A stretch of DNA of 64,000 nucleotides from an uncultured Candidatus Saccharibacteria bacterium (GTDB lineage: Bacteria > Patescibacteriota > Minisyncoccia > Phycocordibacterales > CAIZLB01), in NCBI GenBank assembly GCA_964368945.1, contig CAYJDM010000002.1, positions 85,386 through 149,385 on the forward strand, read 5' to 3'. Shown in pieces: positions 28,103 through 37,561 of this stretch (the first letter of the stretch is position 1; each line of letters starts with the position of its first letter). The translations under genes and the position numbers were made by a program. A model generated the notes under the pieces. That model was given only the letters and a program-made list of their open reading frames with translations. It had not been told where the DNA came from and ran no database searches.

Positions 28103-28270
28103 GAATACATGGTAATTTGGGGCATTCTTCAGTCCCGTAGTTATTGCCTGTAGGGTCGCATAATTTCTGCTGAAATTATGCTTAGTCCTCGCTTCAACGC
28201 TCGGAAATCCCTACTGGCAATAACTACGGGACTGAAAAGGATATAAGACGTGCCCAAATTATTTTTACCC
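28103..28270 (+). other. Structured palindromic element of about 165 nt. A 19-bp perfect closing stem sits inside a longer imperfect stem and encloses two hairpins. It ends in a T-run and lies immediately upstream of fusA.
   Basis: CAGTCCCGTAGTTATTGCC (28130-28148) pairs with GGCAATAACTACGGGACTG (28216-28234). Inner hairpins: CATAATTT-ctgctg-AAATTATG and GTAGGG/CCCTAC. Outer pairing: AATTTGGGGCA / TGCCCAAATT. Confidence 0.4.
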
Positions 28271-28298
28271 AAAAACAACTAATAAGTAACCCATATAT

Positions 28299-30458
28299 AT
28301 GCAAAGAGATTATCCACTAGAGCGAGTACGAAACTTCGGAATCATCGCCCATATCGACGCCGGCAAGACGACTACGTCTGAGCGCGTTCTTTATTATACC
28401 GGCATGAGCCATAAGATCGGTGAGGTTCACGAAGGTGAGGCCGTAACTGACTGGATGGAACAGGAAAAGGAGCGAGGAATCACCATCACGGCTGCCGCGA
28501 TCACTTGTTTCTGGAACCCTACATATATGGGAACTGATATTTCAAAGCGGCATCGATTCAATATCATCGATACGCCAGGACATGTGGACTTTACCGTAGA
28601 GGTAGAGCGATCTCTCAAGGTTCTCGACGGAGGAGTCGTTGTATTCGACGGAGTTGCCGGAGTAGAGCCGCAGTCTGAAACCGTATGGCGACAGGCGGAC
28701 AAGTACCATGTTCCTCGAATCTGCTTCATCAATAAGCTCGACCGAACTGGTGCATCATTCGAGAAATCATATGCGTCTATCCTAGACCGATTGAATAAGA
28801 ATGCGATCCGAATGCAGCTTCCTATCGGAGAAGAGGCGACAGTAGAGGGCGTTGTTGATTTGGTAAAAATGAAGGCATATCGATTCGAAGGAGAAATGGG
28901 CTCTGACGTTATCGAAAGCGAAGTTCCAGAAAATATGAAGGCAGAAGCCGAGAAATACCGAGCTCAGCTCGTAGAAAAGGCTTGCGAATTCGACGAGGGA
29001 ATGATGAATGAATACCTCGAAGGCAAGCTTGATTTCACAGTTGATCAGATCAAGGCCGCTATGCGAAAGGGCGTTATCGCCAATAAGGTATTCCCAGTAT
29101 TCACGGGAACCGCTCTCAAGAATAAGGGCGTACAGCTTATCCTCGATGCCGTTGTCGATTACCTTCCATCCCCTCTAGACGTTCCGCCAATCACGGGAAT
29201 CGATCCTGAGACTGGAGAGACTATCGAGCGATCCGCATCTGACTCAGAGCCATTCGCCGCTCTCGCATTCAAATTGCAGAACGATCCATTCGTAGGTCAG
29301 CTTACATTCTTCCGAGTGTATTCAGGAACCGTCGAAGCCGGCTCATATTTGTACAATGCAACGACTGGCTCAAAGGAGCGACTCGGACGAATCGTACGAT
29401 TGCAGGCGAATAAGCGAGAAGAAGTAAAGAAGGTATATGCCGGAGAAATCGCGGCAGCCGTAGGTCTCAAGGATGCTCGAACTTCTCATACATTCTGCGA
29501 TGAGAACAAGCCTATCATCCTTGATCCTATCAAGTTCGCAGAACCGGTAGTATCACTCAAGATCGAGCCAAAGACTAAGGCTGATCAGGAAAAGATGGGA
29601 ATCGCTCTCAAGAAGCTTCAGGATGAAGATCCTACATTCCGAGTTTCATCAAATACGGAGACTGGAGAAACTATCATCGCCGGCATGGGTGAGCTCCACC
29701 TCGAAATCATGGTTGACCGAATGAAGCGAGAATTCTCAGTAGAGGCCGATGTAGGAAAGCCTCAGGTAGCATACCGAGAGACTATCCAGGGCGAAGCTGA
29801 AGAAGAATACAAATACGTTAAGCAGTCTGGAGGTAAGGGTCAGTACGGCCATGTTCGAATCAAGATCAAGCCTCTTGCACCATTGGTTGAAGGCGCGAAG
29901 ATCCCTAAGAACGTTCATCGAGAAGAAGGATTCGAATTCGTCGACTCCATCAAGGGAGGCGTTATCCCAATCGAATTCATCCCAGCAGTCGAGAAGGGCG
30001 TCAAGGAAGCCATGGATCGAGGTATCGTTGCCGGATTCGTTCTTACGAATGTATCTTGCGAATTGCTCTTCGGATCTTCTCACGATGTGGATTCATCTGA
30101 AATGGCCTTCAAGATCGCAGGTTCTCAGGCATTCCAGGCAGCTGCAAAGCGAGCCCGACCTGTCATCCTCGAGCCGATCATGAAGGTAGAATGCGTTATG
30201 CCAGAACAGTTCATGGGTGACGTTACAGGCTCGCTTTCAGGAAAGCGAGGACAGATCGAAGGAATGGAAGAGCGAGGCGGTCAGGGTCTCCGAGTCATCC
30301 GAGCCATGGTTCCATTGTCAGAAATGTTCGGATATACGACTGATATCCGATCTATGACGCAGGGACGAGGATCAATGACTATGGAATTCGATCACTACGA
30401 TGTCGTTCCGCCAAACGTCGAGAAGGCTATCGTCGAAGCGCGAAAGGTTACTGCATAG
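28299..30458 (+). CDS. fusA: Elongation factor G.
   Basis: [16 protein letters not shown]1 motif, with full-length conservation. Confidence 0.95.
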   Translation: MQRDYPLERVRNFGIIAHIDAGKTTTSERVLYYTGMSHKIGEVHEGEAVTDWMEQEKERGITITAAAITCFWNPTYMGTDISKRHRFNIIDTPGHVDFTVEVERSLKVLDGGVVVFDGVAGVEPQSETVWRQADKYHVPRICFINKLDRTGASFEKSYASILDRLNKNAIRMQLPIGEEATVEGVVDLVKMKAYRFEGEMGSDVIESEVPENMKAEAEKYRAQLVEKACEFDEGMMNEYLEGKLDFTVDQIKAAMRKGVIANKVFPVFTGTALKNKGVQLILDAVVDYLPSPLDVPPITGIDPETGETIERSASDSEPFAALAFKLQNDPFVGQLTFFRVYSGTVEAGSYLYNATTGSKERLGRIVRLQANKREEVKKVYAGEIAAAVGLKDARTSHTFCDENKPIILDPIKFAEPVVSLKIEPKTKADQEKMGIALKKLQDEDPTFRVSSNTETGETIIAGMGELHLEIMVDRMKREFSVEADVGKPQVAYRETIQGEAEEEYKYVKQSGGKGQYGHVRIKIKPLAPLVEGAKIPKNVHREEGFEFVDSIKGGVIPIEFIPAVEKGVKEAMDRGIVAGFVLTNVSCELLFGSSHDVDSSEMAFKIAGSQAFQAAAKRARPVILEPIMKVECVMPEQFMGDVTGSLSGKRGQIEGMEERGGQGLRVIRAMVPLSEMFGYTTDIRSMTQGRGSMTMEFDHYDVVPPNVEKAIVEARKVTA

Positions 30459-30480
30459 TCGGTAAGGAAAATTTTAGAGA

Positions 30481-30524
30481 AAAGAAAAAAGCGGCGTCCG
30501 GAACTTTCCGGGCGCCGCTTTGCA
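30481..30524. terminator. Bidirectional terminator after fusA.
   Basis: AAAGAAAAAA, then GCGGCGTCCGGA-actt-TCCGGGCGCCGC (12 bp with one G-U), then TTTG. Confidence 0.7.
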
Positions 30525-30838
30525 TTGGAGGAAGTCGAGAAGGTCATTCCTCGCCTCGGGCCATTCGAGCGGCCAGCGCGGTGATGGCAAGCGTCAGAGA
30601 GGGCGCGATCCAGCGCATTCTCGATGACAAATGTCTTCGCGGATCTGAGAGATCGATATGAACTTTTCGTATTCGGCAAAAATGCAGCATCATTTTTTTC
30701 ACCTCCTTTCGGTTTGTTGTTCTGTGATGCTTTTTTATTCTAGCATGCAGCCGTGGAGTGCGCGGATTATGTAAAAAAAATACGCCGGATCCCATCGCTG
30801 GGGTCCGTCGTTTTATTTTGTATGCCGATCGAATGCGC

Positions 30839-31753
30839 TCAGATCGGAGGTTTTTCAAGGTCGAATGGCGCATCCTCCTTTTCTTTCGCAGCGGCCTCCA
30901 TCGCCTTCGCCGCTGCCTCAGCTGCGATGCGAGCTTCGTTTTCGGCATTCGCTTTCTTGGTCAGCGCGCGCTTTACCTTGTCGAATCGCGTCGCATAGAC
31001 GAAGTATTTCGATTCCTGACAGGCTTCATCGCTGCTGCGTCCTTCCCAAGGAATCCAGGTTGCATAGTACATGCCGGCAAGAGCCTTGCTGAATTCGGGA
31101 CTGCTTCGATCGGCTGCAGAGAGGTTGCTCGATTGATACAATGCACATTTGCCAATATAGAGCGGTATGCCCGACATGAAGCGTCGCTTGGAGCGATAGA
31201 GCTCGGCGATGATCTTGCCGGCCGCTTTCGGCACGATGAGCGAGCGCTGCTGCATGAGGAAAGGGAATTTGCTCAGCGTCAGCGTCTTGATCAAGTGCGC
31301 GCCTGCTTTTCGCATATCGTCGGCAGTCAGGAATTCGAATGCTGTCCAGCGGGTATAATCCGCAACGGTTCCCCAGATTGGGAGATCGTCATTGATTCCG
31401 GGCGTCGTGATATGGTCATTTGCCCAAGCGCTGCCAGCGGTTACTCGTGCGAGATTGCGCGGCGTGCATTTCCAGAGCTGGTCTGGCGTTTTTCTTTTTC
31501 TCTTTGCCAGGCCTGGCGCTTTTTTCGGCCATTTCTTCGCAGGGGGACTGTGGCGGATGAGACAGGTAGTTTTCGCACTCATTTCTAGTCTAGTTTCTTG
31601 TTCGGGTTTTTGTTCTATGTTTGTGAAATTGGCGAACGTCTGTGAGGATCTGTTCTGTCCATAATGGTATGACATTTGAGTCAATCTCTTCCAGACAATA
31701 TATTTTGAGTCAATTTGATTTGACCGATTCATCAGGTTTTCGTTCTTGCGCAT
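30839..31753 (-). CDS. Hypothetical protein, possibly a degenerate phage-type N6-adenine methyltransferase-like protein. Start uncertain; the alternative ATG is at 31582.
   Basis: Basic N-terminal patch, a WKCTPRNL (W-x-TP) motif, and a later TWIPW. C-terminal Ala/Glu/Lys coiled-coil. Preferred over the overlapping Arg/Cys-rich plus-strand ORF. Confidence 0.4.
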   Translation of the reverse strand: MRKNENLMNRSNQIDSKYIVWKRLTQMSYHYGQNRSSQTFANFTNIEQKPEQETRLEMSAKTTCLIRHSPPAKKWPKKAPGLAKRKRKTPDQLWKCTPRNLARVTAGSAWANDHITTPGINDDLPIWGTVADYTRWTAFEFLTADDMRKAGAHLIKTLTLSKFPFLMQQRSLIVPKAAGKIIAELYRSKRRFMSGIPLYIGKCALYQSSNLSAADRSSPEFSKALAGMYYATWIPWEGRSSDEACQESKYFVYATRFDKVKRALTKKANAENEARIAAEAAAKAMEAAAKEKEDAPFDLEKPPI

Positions 31754-31762
31754 CGAGAGGTT

Positions 31763-31826
31763 GTTTTTTTGTAAAAAAATACGGCCTGCATACCGTGAGG
31801 TATGCAGGCCGCGCTGTTGTTTGTTG
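31763..31826. terminator. Bidirectional terminator between pyrF and the downstream hypothetical gene.
   Basis: TTGTTTTTTTGTAAAAAAAT, then GGCCTGCATACC-GTGA-GGTATGCAGGCC (12-bp perfect). Confidence 0.6.
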
Positions 31827-31840
31827 GCGCAAGCGCCTTA

Positions 31841-32644
31841 TCAGCCGGGGAGCCCCATGTGGATCTCCTCCAGTGTGCGCTCAACGGCGCCAAGAGGGTC
31901 TCCGTGCTGGAGGATTGGCCTGCCGACGATGATGCGCGAGGCACCTGCAGCGATGGCTTGCTGCGGTCCCATTTTCCGGCCTGTGGCCTGATTGTCGTCC
32001 CTTACGATTGACCATTCGGGGCGAATTGCAGGAGCATTGTATGAGAATCTGTCTCCGAATTTCTCGCGGAGATTCCCGATATCGGTAGCTGCAGAAACCA
32101 GTCCGCCGATGTCTGCCAGTGCGGCTTCTTTGGAAAAGCGCTCGGCTGCTTGTGCGATCGAGCATCCGTACAGTCTTTGGCAGACCTGCTCCGTATGGCT
32201 TGTCAGCACCGTAATGCCGATGATTTCTGTGGCTGGCAATTCGGCCTGAGCTTTTTCCATAGCCTCAGCGCCGGCGGTGCATACGACGGTCAGCAATTCG
32301 GGATCGAATTCGCGCAGGAACTTGCCGTCTGTCGCGAGAGTAGAATCGATATCGTAGAGCTTCAGATCTGCGAAGACCCCGAATCCGAGATCCCGCAAAA
32401 CCTGAAGCAGGTGCGTACCGTTAGCGCGCAGAAGGGAATTCACCTTAAGCGTTATCCCGGTGCCTTTGAGCTTTTTAGCAAAGGCGACCGCTTGTTTCAT
32501 CGCATTATCGGCGCGATCTTCCCTTGTTGTCGGATCGAAGTCGAGTGCGATGACAAGGCGCTCGCTTGGAGTGAGGTCTCTTTTTCTTATGGACATGATT
32601 TTCGGTATGTTGGGTGTTATGGGGCTATGCGGGGCATTCAGCAT
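31841..32644 (-). CDS. pyrF: Orotidine 5'-phosphate decarboxylase.
   Basis: LVIALDF, DLKLYDIDST (DxKxxDIxxT) and the C-terminal IIVGRPI motif. Confidence 0.7.
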   Translation of the reverse strand: MLNAPHSPITPNIPKIMSIRKRDLTPSERLVIALDFDPTTREDRADNAMKQAVAFAKKLKGTGITLKVNSLLRANGTHLLQVLRDLGFGVFADLKLYDIDSTLATDGKFLREFDPELLTVVCTAGAEAMEKAQAELPATEIIGITVLTSHTEQVCQRLYGCSIAQAAERFSKEAALADIGGLVSAATDIGNLREKFGDRFSYNAPAIRPEWSIVRDDNQATGRKMGPQQAIAAGASRIIVGRPILQHGDPLGAVERTLEEIHMGLPG

Positions 32645-33329
32645 TCAGCAATGCCCAATTGTCCAGCTCCTTTGGCCTGATCGCTCTGGAGCCATTTCGG
32701 CAGTATTCGCACTCAGCTTCGCTGTCCCATGTGGGCATATCGCGTTCCACGAGAGAGACTATCGTCCTGTCGCCAAGTTTCTTTTTGCCAGAACGATTGA
32801 CGATTACGGGAAGAAGATCCTGCACAATGCCGCCCGCGGCAATAATTGCCTGAATATTGAGAGCGAGGCTATCGCATGTGGTGACGACGTCTTCGCCGGC
32901 GAGGACGATTTCTCCTGCTTTGATGCCGGTTTTTTGGAATACCATCTTCTTGTCCGCGCCTTTTCCTTCGGGGATCGTGTATGCCCGGAGACATGGCAGA
33001 TCGTTCGGCCGGAACATTTCGATGTTGCGTGCGATATCGTGAACCAGGGTGATTGCGCCCATGGCCGGCCCGACAACGCGTTGGATTCCATCGATATTCA
33101 ATCCTTCGGCGAGCAGTAGCTTGATCAGATCAAAGGCGATCTCATTCACCAAGGCAGGGTGTTCCAGAACGACTTCGCTGTTAAAGAAGCCGCCCGAGTG
33201 CTTGCCAGAGGTGAGAAGGGCATGCGGCCGTTTCATATTGCCATCATGAACCCAGATGGCGTTCATGCGCTTATATATCTCGAACCATTTCTGGTCGAGC
33301 TTTTGTTTTAGCCTGGCTGGATTATTCAT
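32625..33329 (-). CDS. pyrE: Orotate phosphoribosyltransferase.
   Basis: PRPP-binding motif VLAGEDVVTTCDS. Overlaps the pyrF start by 20 nt, indicating an operon. Confidence 0.7.
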   Translation of the reverse strand: MNNPARLKQKLDQKWFEIYKRMNAIWVHDGNMKRPHALLTSGKHSGGFFNSEVVLEHPALVNEIAFDLIKLLLAEGLNIDGIQRVVGPAMGAITLVHDIARNIEMFRPNDLPCLRAYTIPEGKGADKKMVFQKTGIKAGEIVLAGEDVVTTCDSLALNIQAIIAAGGIVQDLLPVIVNRSGKKKLGDRTIVSLVERDMPTWDSEAECEYCRNGSRAIRPKELDNWALLNAECPA

Positions 33330-33998
33330 TGTCTTGATGTATAGGTTCTGTTTTCATGCTTTAAGCCGCATGATTTGGCCGTCAAAATTGCATTTTGCCC
33401 ATTCTGACTCTGTGAAGTAGGGTATAGCAGTTTGCCCGGGCAAGCAAGTGGAATGGATGTTATCTCGGCTGAGGGACGCACTTTGACTCCTGTCTAATGT
33501 GTGATACTATTTCCCCAACGCATTAAGCGTTTTGTTTCGAATCTTCTCGGTGTTTTTAAGACATCGAAGAGACGGCCTAGATTAGCCTTATTTTAGCAAA
33601 AGCCGCAAGGTAGATGCTGGAAAAAGCGCCAAAATAGCCAAATCAAGTTAAACCGATTGCTCGTGAATGTTGGTACAAACGGCTCAACAGAGGCCTTTAA
33701 TCCAACCTATGGCCCAATCGCCTACAACTGAATAAAGACAAATCACCTCTGCATCACCCCTTTGTTCGAGATTACCCGTCCCGTCATATTGTGAGACAGA
33801 GTGAGATAGTCAGTTTCTTTATCAAAAAGCTGATAATATAGCCGAATAAGCCTTATTTTGAGCCTTTTTTTGTTAAATAAGCCGAGAAGCACTGGAAACA
33901 ATTTTTATTTATCAATTTTGCTCCTTCTTACTAGCTTTTGCCAAGTTAACTGGCATATAAGGGCTAATAATAAGGGTAAATAACAACAAACACTAATT

Positions 33999-35192
33999 AT
34001 GGCAGGAACATTTGACCGATCAAAACCTCACGTAAACGTAGGTACAATTGGACACGTTGACCACGGTAAGACTACTCTTACTGCAGCTATCCTAAACGTT
34101 CTTCACCGAGCGGGTATGGAAGCGACTATTAAGGCTGTAGGAGACATCGACAAGGCACCTGAAGAAAAGGCGCGAGGAATCACTATCTCGCTCTCACACT
34201 CAGAGTACGCTACGAACAATCGACACTACGCTCACATTGATGCCCCAGGTCACGCCGACTACATCAAGAACATGATCACCGGAGCCGCTCAGATGGACGG
34301 TGCTATCCTCGTGGTAGCAGCGACTGACGGAGCTATGCCCCAGACTCGAGAACACGTTCTCTTGGCTAAGCAGGTAGGAGTTCCTAAGATCATCGTTTTC
34401 CTTAACAAGTGCGATATGGTTGATGATGCAGACATGATCGACCTCGTTGAAGCTGAAATCCGAGAACTTCTTACGAAGAACGGATTCGACGGAGACAACG
34501 CTCCTGTTATCAAGGGTTCAGCTCTCAAGGCTCTCGAAGCTCCAGGAGTTGATGACGAATGGTCTAAGAAGATCCTCGAACTTGCTGAGGCTCTAGATAC
34601 ATACATTCCGCTTCCAGTTCGAGAAATCGACAAGCCTTTCCTTATGCCAATTGAAGATATCTTCTCAATTGAAGGACGAGGAACTGTAGTAACTGGAAAG
34701 ATCGAGAAGGGACAGATCAAGGTTGGAGAGGAAATTGAGATCGTAGGTCTCAAGGATACTCAGAAGACTACTGTTACTGGTATCGAAATGTTCAATAAGC
34801 AGCTTCAGGAAGGACAGGCTGGCGACAACGCTGGTATCCTACTCCGAGGCGCGAAGAAGGAAGATCTTACTCGAGGACAGGTTCTCTGTAAGCCAGGATC
34901 AGTTAAGCCTCATACTGAATTCGAAGCTGAAGTATATATCTTGAAGAAGGAAGAAGGCGGTCGACACACTCCATTCTTTACAGGTTACAAGCCGCAGTTC
35001 TACGTTCGAACAACGGACGTTACTGGCGAAGTAACACTTAAGGAAGGCGTTGAGATGGTTATGCCTGGTGATACCGTCACTTTCAAGGTTAAGCTCGTAG
35101 CTCCTATTGCCCTAGAGGACAAGCAGCGACTAGCGATCCGAGAAGGAGGTAAAACTGTAGGCGCTGGTGTCGTTACGAAGATCGTAGCGTAA
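33999..35192 (+). CDS. tuf: Elongation factor Tu.
   Basis: [18 protein letters not shown] and NKCD motifs. Confidence 0.95.
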   Translation: MAGTFDRSKPHVNVGTIGHVDHGKTTLTAAILNVLHRAGMEATIKAVGDIDKAPEEKARGITISLSHSEYATNNRHYAHIDAPGHADYIKNMITGAAQMDGAILVVAATDGAMPQTREHVLLAKQVGVPKIIVFLNKCDMVDDADMIDLVEAEIRELLTKNGFDGDNAPVIKGSALKALEAPGVDDEWSKKILELAEALDTYIPLPVREIDKPFLMPIEDIFSIEGRGTVVTGKIEKGQIKVGEEIEIVGLKDTQKTTVTGIEMFNKQLQEGQAGDNAGILLRGAKKEDLTRGQVLCKPGSVKPHTEFEAEVYILKKEEGGRHTPFFTGYKPQFYVRTTDVTGEVTLKEGVEMVMPGDTVTFKVKLVAPIALEDKQRLAIREGGKTVGAGVVTKIVA

Positions 35193-35246
35193 TCAGGCGC
35201 TGGGCGCCTTCGGGTGCTTGGCTTACTAATCTAATCTTTCGCCATT

Positions 35247-35603
35247 ATGGCTGTAAAAGAAGCGACAAAAAAGAAATCAATCGGAAAAGAAGAAGTTGCA
35301 TCAAAGCTGCGAATTCGAGTACGAGCATATGAATCAAAGATCATCGATGCATCTATCAAACAGATCATGGATACTGCGCTTCGTTATGACGCCGTTGTAG
35401 TCGGTCCAATCCCTCTGCCTACGGAAATTCGAAAGTATACCGTAAACCGAGCCTCTTTCGTGTTCAAGAACGCGCGAGAACAGTTCGAGATGCGAGTGCA
35501 CAAGCGACTTATCGACATTATCAATCCTAATGCGAAGCTCGTTGAGGCTTTGACTAACTTGTCATTGCCATCAGGAGTCAACATTGACGTAAAGATGATG
35601 TAA
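35247..35603 (+). CDS. rpsJ: 30S ribosomal protein S10, with an N-terminal extension of about 15 aa.
   Basis: RIRVRAYESKIIDAS...GPIPLPT S10 core. Confidence 0.9.
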   Translation: MAVKEATKKKSIGKEEVASKLRIRVRAYESKIIDASIKQIMDTALRYDAVVVGPIPLPTEIRKYTVNRASFVFKNAREQFEMRVHKRLIDIINPNAKLVEALTNLSLPSGVNIDVKMM

Positions 35604-35636
35604 TAAGCACGATTATCTGCCTTCATCTGCATCGTT

Positions 35637-35697
35637 ACGAATTTCGTTTTCTTCCTCACCGTACATTTAGTACGGCTCAGTCGAAAACGAACTTCGT
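35637..35697 (+). other. Nested stem-loop in the unusual 210-bp rpsJ-rplC spacer. Possible r-protein autoregulatory leader or attenuator.
   Basis: A 15-bp stem ACGAATTTCGTTTTC / GAAAACGAACTTCGT (14 of 15 paired) encloses the hairpin CCGTAC-attta-GTACGG. Confidence 0.35.
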
Positions 35698-35814
35698 GCC
35701 TCGCATCTAAAGGCATCTAATCGGCTTATGATTACGATGCAATTCAATTCTGAGGTGTCGAATGGGAGCAATCCACTTCAAGTTGCAATTCTTCTGACTT
35801 AACACAATTCTGCT

Positions 35815-36417
35815 ATGAAGAAATTTATTCTAGGGACGAAGTTGAATATGACCCAGCTCTTTGACGAAGAGGGTCGAGTTCACCCAGTCACGGTTTTGAA
35901 AACGTCTCCGACAACGGTTACGCAAGTAAAGACTGAGGCCACTGATGGCTACGCTGCAGTTCAAGTCGGTTACGGCAAGAAAAGCGCGAAGCGAATCAAT
36001 AAGGCTCAGAAAGGCCATATGAAAGATGGCGCATTTGCAACGCTCAAGGAAATCAAAGGATTCGAAGGAGAACTCCCAGTGGGTTCGACTATCGAAAATA
36101 CCTTCGAAGCTGGAGACATAGTCGAAGTATCGGCTATCTCGAAAGGCAAGGGTTTCCAGGGCGTAGTAAAGCGACATGGTTTCCATGGAGGTCCTCGATC
36201 TCACGGTCAGAAGCACTCTGAGCGAGAGCCAGGTTCCATCGGTGCCGGTGGCTACCAGCGAGTATTCAAGGGTACGCGCATGGGTGGACGAATGGGTGGG
36301 GATCGAATCACGGTCAAAAATCTCGTTGTTGTCTCGGTAGACAATGAGGCGAATGAAATATATATCCGAGGTGCTGTACCTGGTCGACGGGGCACATTAG
36401 TAGAAGTAAGAGGCTAA
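35815..36417 (+). CDS. rplC: 50S ribosomal protein L3.
   Basis: Full-length L3 similarity. Confidence 0.9.
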   Translation: MKKFILGTKLNMTQLFDEEGRVHPVTVLKTSPTTVTQVKTEATDGYAAVQVGYGKKSAKRINKAQKGHMKDGAFATLKEIKGFEGELPVGSTIENTFEAGDIVEVSAISKGKGFQGVVKRHGFHGGPRSHGQKHSEREPGSIGAGGYQRVFKGTRMGGRMGGDRITVKNLVVVSVDNEANEIYIRGAVPGRRGTLVEVRG

Positions 36418-36425
36418 TCAATATC

Positions 36426-37202
36426 ATGACAAAAGTTGCAAAAACGACGAAGAAGGCTCAGCCTTCAAAGCGATCTACCGCGCCAAAGGCCGTAAAGCCA
36501 AAGGCTGTGAAGGATCTGTCTGCGATTGAGGCATCAGTATTCGATATGGATGGAAAGTCGGCCGGCAAAGTTTCTTTGCCAGGATCGATCTTCGGTCTAT
36601 CGTGGAATGCGGATCTCGTACACCAGGTCATCACATCGATGAAGACTGATGCGCGAAAGCCGATTGCTCACACTAAGATGCGAGGCGAAGTTGCCGGAAC
36701 CGGCAAGAAGCCTTGGCAGCAGAAGGGAACAGGACGCGCACGACACGGCTCACGACGGTCTCCGATCTGGGTTGGTGGAGGTGTCGCTCATGGACCTCGA
36801 AACGATCAGAATTTCGATCGAAAGGTGAATAAGAAAATGAAGACGAAAGCTTTGTTTACTATTCTCTCAAAGAAATTCAAGGATGGAGAAGTATTGTTCG
36901 TAAAGAATATCGAGCTCTCAGAGCCAAAGACTAAGAATGCTCACGCTGTCATCAGCCGAGTTGCCACAGTCGCTGGATTCGAGCAGCTTGCTACGAAGCG
37001 AAACAATGCGGCTCTCATCGCTCTTCCTGAAGTAAGCGACAATGTGAAGCGAGGATTCAGCAATTTCGGAAACATGGAAGTTTCTGAAGTTCGAAACCTC
37101 AATCCGCTCGCGCTTATGCATTACAAGTATATCGTGATCGCTTCTCCTGAAGCATCACTCGTCACTCTCTCTTCACGAGTCTCTGGCGGCGCTAAGGCGT
37201 AA
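36426..37202 (+). CDS. rplD: 50S ribosomal protein L4, with an N-terminal Lys/Ala-rich extension.
   Basis: L4 core: [15 protein letters not shown]. Confidence 0.9.
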   Translation: MTKVAKTTKKAQPSKRSTAPKAVKPKAVKDLSAIEASVFDMDGKSAGKVSLPGSIFGLSWNADLVHQVITSMKTDARKPIAHTKMRGEVAGTGKKPWQQKGTGRARHGSRRSPIWVGGGVAHGPRNDQNFDRKVNKKMKTKALFTILSKKFKDGEVLFVKNIELSEPKTKNAHAVISRVATVAGFEQLATKRNNAALIALPEVSDNVKRGFSNFGNMEVSEVRNLNPLALMHYKYIVIASPEASLVTLSSRVSGGAKA

Positions 37203-37227
37203 TCCTAATTGAAATAACTACATTCAT

Positions 37228-37521
37228 ATGAAAACTATCTCAATCAAGCATTCGACAAGCGTCATCAAGAAGCCTCGAATCACGGAGAAAGCTACGGTTG
37301 GCGCTGAAAAGGGCCAGTATATCTTCGAAGTGACTCAGGATTCTAATAAGGCATCGATTGCGAAAGCGATCGAGCAGATGTACAAGGTTGTTCCTGCAAA
37401 GGTCAACATTGTGCGAACTCCGGCAAAGAAGGTCTTTGTACGGGGAAAGGTCGGCACGAAACAGGCTATCAAGAAAGCGGTCGTTTTCCTCAAAAAGGGA
37501 GACAAGATCGATCTTGCATAG
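37228..37521 (+). CDS. rplW: 50S ribosomal protein L23.
   Basis: L23 family similarity. Confidence 0.9.
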   Translation: MKTISIKHSTSVIKKPRITEKATVGAEKGQYIFEVTQDSNKASIAKAIEQMYKVVPAKVNIVRTPAKKVFVRGKVGTKQAIKKAVVFLKKGDKIDLA

Positions 37522-37561
37522 GTTTAAATTTTATCTATAAAAATCTCAAAAGAAAAACTAT

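Noticed and set aside
30758-31588. 276-aa plus-strand ORF overlapping the minus-strand hypothetical gene
   Set aside because: It is Arg/Cys/Phe-rich with no hydrophobic core pattern, which is typical of an antisense frame of a GC-rich gene. The minus-strand frame has a coiled-coil tail and sits in an operon with pyrF and pyrE.
33330-33998. tRNA genes upstream of tuf
   Set aside because: Both strands were scanned for T-loop GTTCGA/GTTCAA with flanking 5-bp stems. Only non-pairing partial matches were found (TTGTTCGAGATT; ATTCGAAAC on the minus strand).
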